Made by a program: the position numbers and the translations under genes. Below, one piece after another: positions 50,233 through 58,475 of a stretch of DNA of 64,000 bases. The notes beneath the pieces are model-generated. The model was not told the DNA's origin. It did not search any database and worked only from the letters and a program-made list of their open reading frames with translations. The DNA lies in contig JBEKHC010000039.1 in assembly GCA_050012475.1 (NCBI GenBank), positions 1 through 64,000 of the forward strand. Reading direction: 5' to 3'. The first letter of the stretch is position 1. Every line of letters starts with the position of its first letter. The DNA comes from Candidatus Velthaea sp. Lineage in GTDB: Bacteria > Vulcanimicrobiota > Vulcanimicrobiia > Vulcanimicrobiales > Vulcanimicrobiaceae.

Positions 50233-50268
50233 AAGCCCTCTACCGACCGTAGCGGGCTTTTTCTTTTT
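50233..50268 (+). terminator. Attenuator terminator L11
   Basis: AAGCCCTCTAC/GTAGCGGGCTT then TTTCTTTTT. Confidence 0.75.
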
Positions 50269-50312
50269 GCTTTCGAGCCATCAACTGAGGACACAATGTC
50301 AGGGGTCACACG

Positions 50313-51605
50313 ATGAAATCTTATTTCGCGATCGCTCTTTGCGCGATCGTCGCCGGCCTGCCGTCTGCCGCGCTGGCAACTGACGGGTATTTCACTCTCG
50401 GGACGGGCCCGATCCAAGACGGGCTGGCTGGGGCGGGCGTCGCACTTCCGCAAGATAGCGCGGTTGCGGCCGTCAACCCCGCAGGCCTCGTTCGCGTCGG
50501 CAACACCTGGGAGTTCGGCGCCGCACTTTTCGCACCGTATCGGCAATATTCGGTGGACGGAACGCCGTCCGGTGCGACCGGGACGTTCGGGCTCGCGCGC
50601 GGCACCGTGAAAAGCTTGGACGATAACTTTCTGCTTCCGCACGCATCGTTGAGCCGTCGAATCGACACGAAATCCGCCTGGGGCCTGGCCTTTTACGGCA
50701 ACGGCGGCCTGAATACAACCTACCCGGGGGCAGGTCCCGGGACGGGTACCTTCTTCGCGGGCCCGACCGGCGTCAATCTCGTGCAGATCTTTCTCGCGCC
50801 CACCTATTCCCGCGCGATCGGCGACAAACTCGCGGTCGGGGTCTCGCTGACCGGATCGTACCAGGCGTTTCGTGCGACGGGGTTGGCGAACTTCGGACCG
50901 TTCGTAAGCGACGGCCATCCTGGCAATCTTGCCAATCGCGGCGCGGAAGGCTCATGGGGAGTCGGCGGCCGTGTTGGGGTGCTCTACGACGCGACGCCGG
51001 CCTTGACGCTCGGCGCGGCATATCAGAGCGTTACGTCACAGTCGTCGTTCGCGAAGTACGCGGACCTTTTCGCGCAGCAAGGTAGCTTCAACATTCCGGC
51101 GACGGCCACGGCCGGTCTCGCCTGGAAATTCGCGCCGTCCGTGGTCGCGCTCGACGTCGAGCACATCTGGTACGGCCGCATCGCGGCGGTGGCGAATCCA
51201 TTTTCCAATCTCAACATCGGCCTGGCCACGGGCAACCCGTCGTACTTGCTCGGGGGCACGAACGGTCCGGGATTCGGCTGGCACGACACCACGTTCTACA
51301 AGGCCGGATACCAAATCGCGTTGTCGCAGCGCCTGACGTTGCGCGCCGGTGCCGCCTATGGACGGCAACCAATTCCGTCGTCCGACGTGTTGTTCAACAT
51401 ACTCGCACCGGCGGTTACCGAATGGCACTTCGCGCTTGGAGGAACGGTGAAGACGACCAACCATGGCGAAGTGAGTGCGGCCGTCGTCGACGTGCCAACG
51501 GGCTCGGTGAGCGGACCAAACCCGCTCGAGGTGCCCGGACGCCAGCAGATCATGCTCGCGATGCATCAATTCGAGATCGAAGTCGGCTACGGCCGCAAAT
51601 ATTGA
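50313..51605 (+). CDS. OmpP1/FadL-family outer-membrane transporter
   Basis: Signal peptide, ATDGYF, GLAGAGVA, NPAGL hatch motif, GNGGLNT, GFGW, NILAPAV. Confidence 0.85.
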   Translation: MKSYFAIALCAIVAGLPSAALATDGYFTLGTGPIQDGLAGAGVALPQDSAVAAVNPAGLVRVGNTWEFGAALFAPYRQYSVDGTPSGATGTFGLARGTVKSLDDNFLLPHASLSRRIDTKSAWGLAFYGNGGLNTTYPGAGPGTGTFFAGPTGVNLVQIFLAPTYSRAIGDKLAVGVSLTGSYQAFRATGLANFGPFVSDGHPGNLANRGAEGSWGVGGRVGVLYDATPALTLGAAYQSVTSQSSFAKYADLFAQQGSFNIPATATAGLAWKFAPSVVALDVEHIWYGRIAAVANPFSNLNIGLATGNPSYLLGGTNGPGFGWHDTTFYKAGYQIALSQRLTLRAGAAYGRQPIPSSDVLFNILAPAVTEWHFALGGTVKTTNHGEVSAAVVDVPTGSVSGPNPLEVPGRQQIMLAMHQFEIEVGYGRKY

Positions 51606-51612
51606 TGGAACG

Positions 51613-52074
51613 ATGATAATACACCCCGCACCTGCGCAATCCGATTGCATCACGCTCATCCCGCTATCGATCGTCCGGCTCAACCGGTTGACGATTTTGT
51701 GCAGCGTGATCCTCGCTTACGTGCTGCACGCACCGCTCATTACGACCGCGTTGTTCGTCATCGTGACGCTCGCCGCCGGTTTCGGGCGCCGCGCCAGCCT
51801 CATCTATGCCGTCGGCCGGCTCGTTCTGCGACCGGCCAAGCCGGCAACCGACGGTGAAGACCCGCGCTTGATGCGCTTCAACAACACGCTCGCCGCGATC
51901 ATCCTCGGTCTCGCGCAAGTCGCTTTCGTTCTGCACGCACCGCTCGTTGGTTGGATTTTCGCCGGCCTGGCCGCGCTCGCCGCGGCGGTCGCGCTTGCCG
52001 GCTTCTGCTTCGGCTGTTTCTTGTTCTACCAGTTTAAACTCAACCGCGCCCGGCTCTTTGGTTCGACGAAGTGA
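51613..52074 (+). CDS. DUF4395-like membrane protein
   Basis: VRLN, EDPRLMRF, GFCFGCFLF. Confidence 0.7.
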   Translation: MIIHPAPAQSDCITLIPLSIVRLNRLTILCSVILAYVLHAPLITTALFVIVTLAAGFGRRASLIYAVGRLVLRPAKPATDGEDPRLMRFNNTLAAIILGLAQVAFVLHAPLVGWIFAGLAALAAAVALAGFCFGCFLFYQFKLNRARLFGSTK

Positions 52075-52202
52075 TCGAGTCTGGTCGCCGGTTCTCGGCA
52101 AAGTAATTCCCGAATCCTTAGCGCCCGCTCGCACGGCGCCGGCCGGATCATCGAGGCACTTGTGCGCAGGCGCCAATTCAGCGTTGCCCGTAGATTACGA
52201 CC

Positions 52203-53219
52203 ATGAACGCGAATGCAAACACCGGCGCAACGCACGGCTTTGTCGGTACGATCGGGAACACGCCGTTGATCGAACTGCCGAAACTATCGGCCGCGCTCGG
52301 ACGAACGATTCTCGGGAAGGCCGAATTCTTGAATCCCGGCGGGTCGGTAAAAGATCGCGCGGCGCGCGGCATTATCGAGGATTTCGAGCGCCGCGGTCTC
52401 CTCGTACCGGGCGGCACGGTCGTCGAAGGCACCGCCGGCAATACGGGCATTGGCCTGGCCCTGGTCGGCAACGCGCGCGGCTATCGCACGGTCATCGTCA
52501 TGCCCGACGATCAGGCCGAAGAGAAGTACGCACTGCTGCGAGCATATGGAGCGGATCTACACGTCGTCGAAGCCGCGCCGTTCACCAATGAAACGAAGAA
52601 CTACTACCACGTTGCTCGGCGACTGGCCGAATCGATCCCGGGCGCCGTGTGGGCGAATCAATTCGAGAACACCGCGAACTACGACGCCCACGAACGGACG
52701 ACCGGGCCGGAAATCTACGCGCAAGCTGGGGGCAACCTCACCGCCTTCGTCGCCGCCGCGGGAACCGGCGGGACCATCGCCGGCGTCGGCCGCGCCCTGC
52801 GCGAGCGAGATCCGCGCATCAAGATCGTACTCGCCGACCCATACGGCTCGGCGCTCTTCAACTACATCAAACACGGCAAGCTCGAAGCCGAAGGCGATTC
52901 GAATGCCGAAGGGATTGGAATCAAGCGGATCACCGCCAATTTCAGCGCCGCACCGATCGACGACGCTGTGCGCATCGACGATCGAACCATGGTCGAGATG
53001 GCGCACTGGCTCTTGCGGGAAGAAGGACTGTTTCTCGGTGGGTCAGCGGGTCTCAATGTCGCCGCCGCCGCCCGTTTTGCCGCGACACTGCCGGCCGGCA
53101 GCCGCATCGCCACGATCCTGTGCGACGGAGGCGACCGTTACCGTTCGCGCCTGTACGATAGCGCATGGTTAGCTGAAAACGGCGTCACTCCAACCGCGCA
53201 TGATCTCTCATTCCTCTGA
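52203..53219 (+). CDS. cysK: Cysteine synthase (O-acetylserine sulfhydrylase family)
   Basis: NPGGSVKDR, EGTAGNTG, WANQFEN, GTGGT, EEGLFLGGS, TILCD. Confidence 0.85.
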   Translation: MNANANTGATHGFVGTIGNTPLIELPKLSAALGRTILGKAEFLNPGGSVKDRAARGIIEDFERRGLLVPGGTVVEGTAGNTGIGLALVGNARGYRTVIVMPDDQAEEKYALLRAYGADLHVVEAAPFTNETKNYYHVARRLAESIPGAVWANQFENTANYDAHERTTGPEIYAQAGGNLTAFVAAAGTGGTIAGVGRALRERDPRIKIVLADPYGSALFNYIKHGKLEAEGDSNAEGIGIKRITANFSAAPIDDAVRIDDRTMVEMAHWLLREEGLFLGGSAGLNVAAAARFAATLPAGSRIATILCDGGDRYRSRLYDSAWLAENGVTPTAHDLSFL

Positions 53220-53561
53220 AAGTCCCGTTTCAAGCGTCCTGATGAAGATCATTGACCAGTCGTGTACGCTAGGCTCCCGTTGCGCGGCGCCTCAACGTTT
53301 GTGCATTTGCTGAAATCGCCGGGCACGAGCGTTCCAGGGCAGTGCGTTATCCGCTATATTGGACAAGCGGGAGGTTAAAGCGGAACCGAGCCCTTCTTCA
53401 TCACCCAAAATTCCGTTGTAGTGGACAGGATGGTATCGATGTCCCATTTGTAGCATTGTCTGCCCCTTACAAGCGCGTTACGATTGAATCACCAGCACGG
53501 CCAAGGTTGATGGTCGAGCAAACGAGACTATCGCTTTCCACAGCAAAAGGATGCTAAAACG

Positions 53562-53978
53562 ATGATGCCCGCGATGCAGATGCCGACGAACGGAATGATG
53601 AACCCCATGATGAGCATGCCGATGAACCCAATGATGAGCATGCCGATGAACCCGATGATGAACCCCATGATGATGAACGGCATGATGGGCATGCCGATGA
53701 ATCCGATGATGATGAACATGATGGGCATGCCGATGAATCCCATGATGATGAACGGCATGATGGGCATGCCAATGCCAATGCCGATGATGATGTGTACAAT
53801 GACCTGCGAGATGACGCCCGAAGGCATGGTCTGTACCATGAAGCCGATGGACGGCATGTCGATGGATATGATGAAAGACTGTTGCGAACGCATGAACGCA
53901 GCAATGTCGATGGGAATGCCCGCGATGATGATGTGTTCCAATATGCCCATGATGATGTGCATGCCCGCGAAGAAATAG
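53562..53978 (+). CDS. Extremely methionine-rich small protein with internal MPMNPMM repeats
   Basis: 138 aa, about 62 Met and 7 Cys by hand count; AAGGA RBS; own terminator. Confidence 0.75.
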   Translation: MMPAMQMPTNGMMNPMMSMPMNPMMSMPMNPMMNPMMMNGMMGMPMNPMMMNMMGMPMNPMMMNGMMGMPMPMPMMMCTMTCEMTPEGMVCTMKPMDGMSMDMMKDCCERMNAAMSMGMPAMMMCSNMPMMMCMPAKK

Positions 53979-54005
53979 CTGCCCGACGCACCTGGCGGCT
54001 TTTTT
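53977..54005 (+). terminator. Probable terminator of the Met-rich gene
   Basis: AGCTGCC/GGCGGCT then T5. Confidence 0.5.
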
Positions 54006-54364
54006 ATCCGAAAACAGGGGCGCTTCGATCAGGCCGACGTTTCGATGACGCTGCGGAACGTCGGCCTCGAAGTGAATTGCATTCCCGCTTCAAACAAGCG
54101 CGATGGGGGTGGGTCTCACCGATAACTACGTTGCTGGATTCGTAACGCCGCCGTTGTTCCATCGTCGTCGATCACTTCGGCTTCGCTCTCGCCTGGCGTT
54201 TACTCGCACTCTTATTGACCGGCGCGGCGCTGATCGTGCTGTTCGGCGGCGACCATGTTCGACGAGGAATATCGTGAAGGCCCAAGGCCCTCACTTTTGC
54301 GCAGCGCCCGACCGAGTTCATTTGCCAGCACAATGCCATGGCTCAGCCGTGCACAAAAGGTTTT

Positions 54365-54940
54365 CTATCCGATCGGGTCGACGTATGTCATTACCAAAAA
54401 CATGAGCGCTTCGATTTGGCCGACATTTCGATAATGATGGGGAACGTCGGCATCGAAGAGAATCGCATCGCCGACTTCGAGAACGTGGAGTTGCGCCTCG
54501 ACCGCAATTTCCACAGTTCCCTTGCTGACCACTAAGTTCTCGACGGTTCCCGTCGCATGGGCTTCGGCTTTTTCCAGACCCTTCGAACTCAGGCGCAATT
54601 CGTAGAATTCGACTCTGCGTTGACTATCGAAAGGGAACAACGCTCGCGACGTAAACTCCCGCGAACTCGATATCAGGACTTTCGAGTCGGCTGCTTTTAA
54701 TACCGTGGGACCGTGGCTGTGCGGTCCGCCGGTGAGGGCAGATAGCGGAATCTCCAGCGCTCTTGCGACTTTCCAAAGCAGGTTGATCGTCGGAGCACTG
54801 CGTCCCAGTTCAATTTGGCCGAGCATCGCCCGGCTGACGCCGGAGATTTGCGCGAGACGCTCGAGCGAGTATCCGCGGCGGGATCGCAGCAGCCGCAAAT
54901 TATGGCCGACGACTGCCGAAAGATCCTCTTCATCGGCCAA
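54365..54940 (-). CDS. XRE-cupin transcriptional regulator (SutR/YdcN-like)
   Basis: SGVSRAMLGQIELGRSAPTINLLWKVA HTH; AHATGTVE...GDAILFDADVPHHYRN cupin. Confidence 0.85.
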   Translation of the reverse strand: MADEEDLSAVVGHNLRLLRSRRGYSLERLAQISGVSRAMLGQIELGRSAPTINLLWKVARALEIPLSALTGGPHSHGPTVLKAADSKVLISSSREFTSRALFPFDSQRRVEFYELRLSSKGLEKAEAHATGTVENLVVSKGTVEIAVEAQLHVLEVGDAILFDADVPHHYRNVGQIEALMFLVMTYVDPIG

Positions 54941-54952
54941 CGTGACGACTAA

Positions 54953-55120
54953 CTAAAAGGGCCGATTGAACGCGAACGCGTACGGCAGCGGCATCCAGAC
55001 ATAGCACCACATGACCGGCATGACGGCTGTGCGCGGCTGAGCTGCGGCAAGCTTCGCTTCTTCCCGGCGGCGCCGATATGCTTCGAGGTCGTGAACCACT
55101 GCCAGGGTGGCGGATGCCAT
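54953..55120 (-). CDS. 55-aa hypothetical protein upstream of the XRE regulator
   Basis: MASATLAVVHDLEAYRRRREE...VMPVMWCYVWMPLPYAFAFNRPF; GGAGA RBS; directly after terminator L12. Confidence 0.6.
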   Translation of the reverse strand: MASATLAVVHDLEAYRRRREEAKLAAAQPRTAVMPVMWCYVWMPLPYAFAFNRPF

Positions 55121-55166
55121 TTCATTCTCTCCGAGGGTGCAACGTGAAGTGCGGCGGCGGATCCGC

Positions 55167-55202
55167 AAAAAAGAACCTCTCGCCGACGGACGAGAGGTTC
55201 TT
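55167..55202 (-). terminator. Attenuator terminator L12
   Basis: Minus AAGAACCTCTCG/CGAGAGGTTCTT then TTTT. Confidence 0.85.
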
Positions 55203-55234
55203 GGAACTCGCTGCTTGACGCTACGAGAGCACGC

Positions 55235-55297
55235 CTAGTCCAAACGGCTCGCTATGAGCTTCCCAGGGCGACAGCGTCGACACAACATGCTTTCCAT
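55235..55297 (-). CDS. Cys-containing attenuator leader peptide L12 (small ORF and XRE)
   Basis: MESMLCRRCRPGKLIASRLD*; minus TTGACG 55333-55328, TAGATT 55310-55305, ATG 7 nt later. Confidence 0.75.
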   Translation of the reverse strand: MESMLCRRCRPGKLIASRLD

Positions 55298-55651
55298 CCA
55301 GCGTAATCTATCATGTGCCCCAACCAACGTCAATCGCTTTGGACGTAAAGCCTTACCCGAGACGCGGCTCCCCATGTCCAGTCAGATGATAGCTCCATCT
55401 CGATAGCCAGCCGGGCGGCAAGATGAGCGCGCGCCCGGAAACCCAACGGCGCCGAGACCCCGTCGGCGTTGCGGGACGGAGCGCTCAAGCCGGTAAGACT
55501 CTCGGTAGCAACCTTCCCGGGGCCGCCGTTCACGGTTCACGCTGCCGGCGGCCGGCGGCCGGTGCGGCCAGCCCCGGGTTCCGGCATCTTACTGCCGGCA
55601 GCTTGCCCGTCAACCTTGACGTCCGGAACCGGCGATGGTACTATGCCCTGC

Positions 55652-55717
55652 ATGAACGTTGCGAGCGCATCGTCGTGTTGCCGTTGTCTCGGTCCCTCAC
55701 CCGGCGTAGCGGCATGA
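55652..55717 (+). CDS. Cys-rich attenuator leader peptide L13 (metNIQ-2)
   Basis: MNVASASSCCRCLGPSPGVAA*; TTGACG 55616-55621, TACTAT 55639-55644, ATG 7 nt later. Confidence 0.8.
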   Translation: MNVASASSCCRCLGPSPGVAA

Positions 55718-55747
55718 CTTGATCGCAGCAGCGTGCGACTCTTGAGC

Positions 55748-55777
55748 GCCCTCGCCAAAACGGTTGAGGGCTTTTTT
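55748..55777 (+). terminator. Attenuator terminator L13
   Basis: GCCCTCGCC/GGTTGAGGGC then T6. Confidence 0.75.
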
Positions 55778-55845
55778 AATTCCGAACGCGTCTCATTTCC
55801 CGGGCAGTGGACGGCGCCGAAATCGTTTCTCGCTCGTCTTCACCC

Positions 55846-56607
55846 ATGATCGAACTCGACGGGGTCGGCAAGACATACGCAAGTGGTGAGTCGACGGCCG
55901 TCGCGTTAGCGGACGTGCATCTTCGCATCCGTGCTGGCGAGATTTTTGGTGTCATCGGTCGCAGCGGCGCTGGCAAATCAACGCTCGTGCGGTGTATGAA
56001 CCTCCTGGTGCGGCCCACTCTCGGCACGGTTCGCATCGACGGCGTGGAATTGACCGCCCTGCGCGAGCGCGAACTGCGCCGCGAACGCCGCGAGATCGGC
56101 ATGGTCTTCCAGCACTTCAGCTTGCTGGCGTCGCGAACCGTGTATGCCAACGTCGCCTTTCCGCTCGAACTCGCCGGAACGCCGCGCCGCGAGATCGACA
56201 GCGCGGTGACGTCGCTGCTGTCATTCGTCGGTCTGTCAGAACTGCGCGACCGCTATCCGGCGCAAATCAGCGGCGGACAGGCGCAGCGCGTGGGGATCGC
56301 CCGCGCGCTGGCCACCCGGCCGAAGGTGCTGCTCTGCGATGAAGCGACATCCGCTCTCGATCCGCAAACCACCGAGTCGATTCTGGCGCTGCTTCGCCAA
56401 ACGAACCGTGCGTTCGGCGTCACGATCGTCATCATCACGCATGAGATGCGCGTCGTTCGAGCGATCTGCGATCGCGTCGCTGTTATCGAGGCGGGCCGGA
56501 TCGTCGAAATTGCGACACCGGAGGAGATCGCACAGGCGCCTCGTTCCGCGACCGCGCGCGCGTTCTTTTCCGGCGACGTTGCCGAAATAACGGTGGCCGG
56601 ATCGTGA
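55846..56607 (+). CDS. metN: Methionine-type ABC ATP-binding protein, short form without NIL domain
   Basis: GRSGAGKST, FQHFSLL, CDEATSALDPQTT; start could be 55807. Confidence 0.85.
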   Translation: MIELDGVGKTYASGESTAVALADVHLRIRAGEIFGVIGRSGAGKSTLVRCMNLLVRPTLGTVRIDGVELTALRERELRRERREIGMVFQHFSLLASRTVYANVAFPLELAGTPRREIDSAVTSLLSFVGLSELRDRYPAQISGGQAQRVGIARALATRPKVLLCDEATSALDPQTTESILALLRQTNRAFGVTIVIITHEMRVVRAICDRVAVIEAGRIVEIATPEEIAQAPRSATARAFFSGDVAEITVAGS

Positions 56608-57263
56608 CGATCCCCGATAATCTCATCGCACTCATCGCCGGTGCGCTCGGCGAGACACTGCAAATGGTAAGTATCTCCGCGTTGGTCGCGGCGCTCGCCG
56701 GCGTCCCGCTGGGCGTGTTGCTCACGGTCACCGATCGCGGCGGGGTACGGGAGAATTTGCCGCTCAACCGGACGGTCGGTGCGATCGTGAACGCGACCCG
56801 CTCGACTCCGTTCATCATCTTGATGGTCGCGATCATCCCGTTTACCCGCTTTATCGTGCACACGTCGATCGGAACGAACGCTGCGATCGTGCCGCTTTCG
56901 GTCGCGGCGATTCCGTTCTTTGGCCGGCTCGTGCAAGCAAGTCTGCGTGAAGTTCCCGAGCAAGTCGTCGAAGCGGCCAGTGCGATGGGTGCCTCGCCGA
57001 TGCAGATCGCCGTCTTCGTGTTGCTCCCCGAAGCCCTGCCCTCGATCGTAGCAGCCTTTACCGTTACGTTCGTCAGCCTGATCGGCTACTCGGCGATGGC
57101 CGGCGCCGTGGGCGGCGGCGGCCTCGGCGATTTAGGCATCCGCTACGGCTACGAGCGGTTTGAGCCGGCCGTCATGCTCGCTACCGTTGCCGTTCTCATC
57201 ATCCTCGTCCAACTCGTTCAGATGCTTGGCGACCGCATTGCGCGGCGCCTTTCCCACCGTTAA
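56604..57263 (+). CDS. metI: Methionine-type ABC permease
   Basis: RSTPFIILM, YSAMAGAVGGGGLGDL. Confidence 0.9.
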   Translation: MTIPDNLIALIAGALGETLQMVSISALVAALAGVPLGVLLTVTDRGGVRENLPLNRTVGAIVNATRSTPFIILMVAIIPFTRFIVHTSIGTNAAIVPLSVAAIPFFGRLVQASLREVPEQVVEAASAMGASPMQIAVFVLLPEALPSIVAAFTVTFVSLIGYSAMAGAVGGGGLGDLGIRYGYERFEPAVMLATVAVLIILVQLVQMLGDRIARRLSHR

Positions 57264-57272
57264 GGAGTCAAC

Positions 57273-58106
57273 GTGTTCGTGTCCCGCCGCCGCCGTCGAG
57301 CCGGTTCGCACCTGGCAGCGCTGCTCGCAATCTTCATGAGCCTGGCTACGAGTTCGGCTGTCCTCGCCGATCAAACCATCAAAGTCGGCGTGACTCCGGG
57401 GCCGCACGAAGAGATTCTCGATGAAGTCTCCCGTCTGGGCGCAAAACAAGGGCTGTCGATTCAGGTCATTCCGATCAGCGATTATGCGGTCCCGAATGCC
57501 GCGCTCGATGCCGGCGATCTCGACGCGAACAGCTTCCAGAATCCGCCGTTTCTGGCAAAGCAAATCGCTGACCGTCACTTCAACATCGTTGCCGTGGGCA
57601 AGACGATTTTCTTACCGATGGGAATTTATTCGAAGAAGATTCGTACACTCGGCGCACTGACAGACGGCGCAGTCGTGGCAATCCCCAACGATCCGACCAA
57701 CGGCGCGCGCGCCCTGCTCTTATTGCAAAGCGCAAAACTCATCCGGCTCAAAGACGGGGGCAACCGGCTTTCGTCTCCGCAGGACATTGTCGACAATCCC
57801 AAACACCTGACGATTCGCGAGCTCAACGCGGCCCAAACACCGCGCTCCCTCGACGATCTCGACGCCGCCGCCATCAATGGCAACTATGCCGCAACGGCCG
57901 GACTGGCGCCGAGCCGGGACGCGCTTTTTTCCGAAGGCGGCGGCGTCGGCGAAGCACTCCAATCGGTGTACAGCAACATCATCGCCGTGCGCACCGTCGA
58001 CCAAGGGAAGCCGTGGGTGGCGCAACTGGTCGCCGTCTACCATTCGAGCGCGATCCGGGGCTTCATCATCCGCCATTTCGGCGGCACGATCTATCCGGCA
58101 TTTTGA
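57273..58106 (+). CDS. metQ: MetQ/NlpA-family substrate-binding protein
   Basis: VGVTPGPH, DANSFQ, PNDPTNGARAL, AAQTPRSLDD. Confidence 0.9.
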   Translation: MFVSRRRRRAGSHLAALLAIFMSLATSSAVLADQTIKVGVTPGPHEEILDEVSRLGAKQGLSIQVIPISDYAVPNAALDAGDLDANSFQNPPFLAKQIADRHFNIVAVGKTIFLPMGIYSKKIRTLGALTDGAVVAIPNDPTNGARALLLLQSAKLIRLKDGGNRLSSPQDIVDNPKHLTIRELNAAQTPRSLDDLDAAAINGNYAATAGLAPSRDALFSEGGGVGEALQSVYSNIIAVRTVDQGKPWVAQLVAVYHSSAIRGFIIRHFGGTIYPAF

Positions 58107-58157
58107 TCCGGATCAGCCCGTTTTCAATCGAAGCTCGAACGATCGTTCCTTTCGAGC

Positions 58158-58475
58158 TTACGCTGTTTCGGCAAGGCGTTGGCGAGCTTGCGCGGCGGAA
58201 ACGTCGGGGTCGTCTTGCGTGCTGACGGGCGTTTGCTCACGATCGAGCCGAACGTCGGGAGAACCGTACGGAGTTGAGCGAACGGTCACGACGGCGTGAT
58301 CAGCGCTTAACCAACGCAGGAGCAGCCCCCGGCCGTCAACCGTTCCAACCATCTCGAGGAGTGTCGTTCCGTCTTGGAACGCATCGAAACGGAGGGTTGA
58401 TTGTCCTGCGTCCGGCTTGAGCGCGATCCAGAATCTTCGAGTCCAGCTTCTATATTCCATCATGATCTTTCCCAT
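58158..58475 (-). CDS. Hypothetical protein
   Basis: 105-aa ORF with GAGG upstream; no recognised motif. Confidence 0.35.
   Translation of the reverse strand: MGKIMMEYRSWTRRFWIALKPDAGQSTLRFDAFQDGTTLLEMVGTVDGRGLLLRWLSADHAVVTVRSTPYGSPDVRLDREQTPVSTQDDPDVSAAQARQRLAETA

Noticed and set aside
53528..53991. Ile/Gly-rich and Ser-rich minus-strand ORFs
   Set aside because: Antisense shadows of the ATG-rich gene; the plus frame has the RBS and terminator
12705..55777. Similar hairpins as CRISPR or REP repeats
   Set aside because: Dispersed, single, oriented with downstream operons and U-tailed; no spacers or cas genes
49620..55800. SAM or T-box riboswitches upstream of metNIQ
   Set aside because: No recognisable aptamer consensus; leader ORF plus terminator explains these regions
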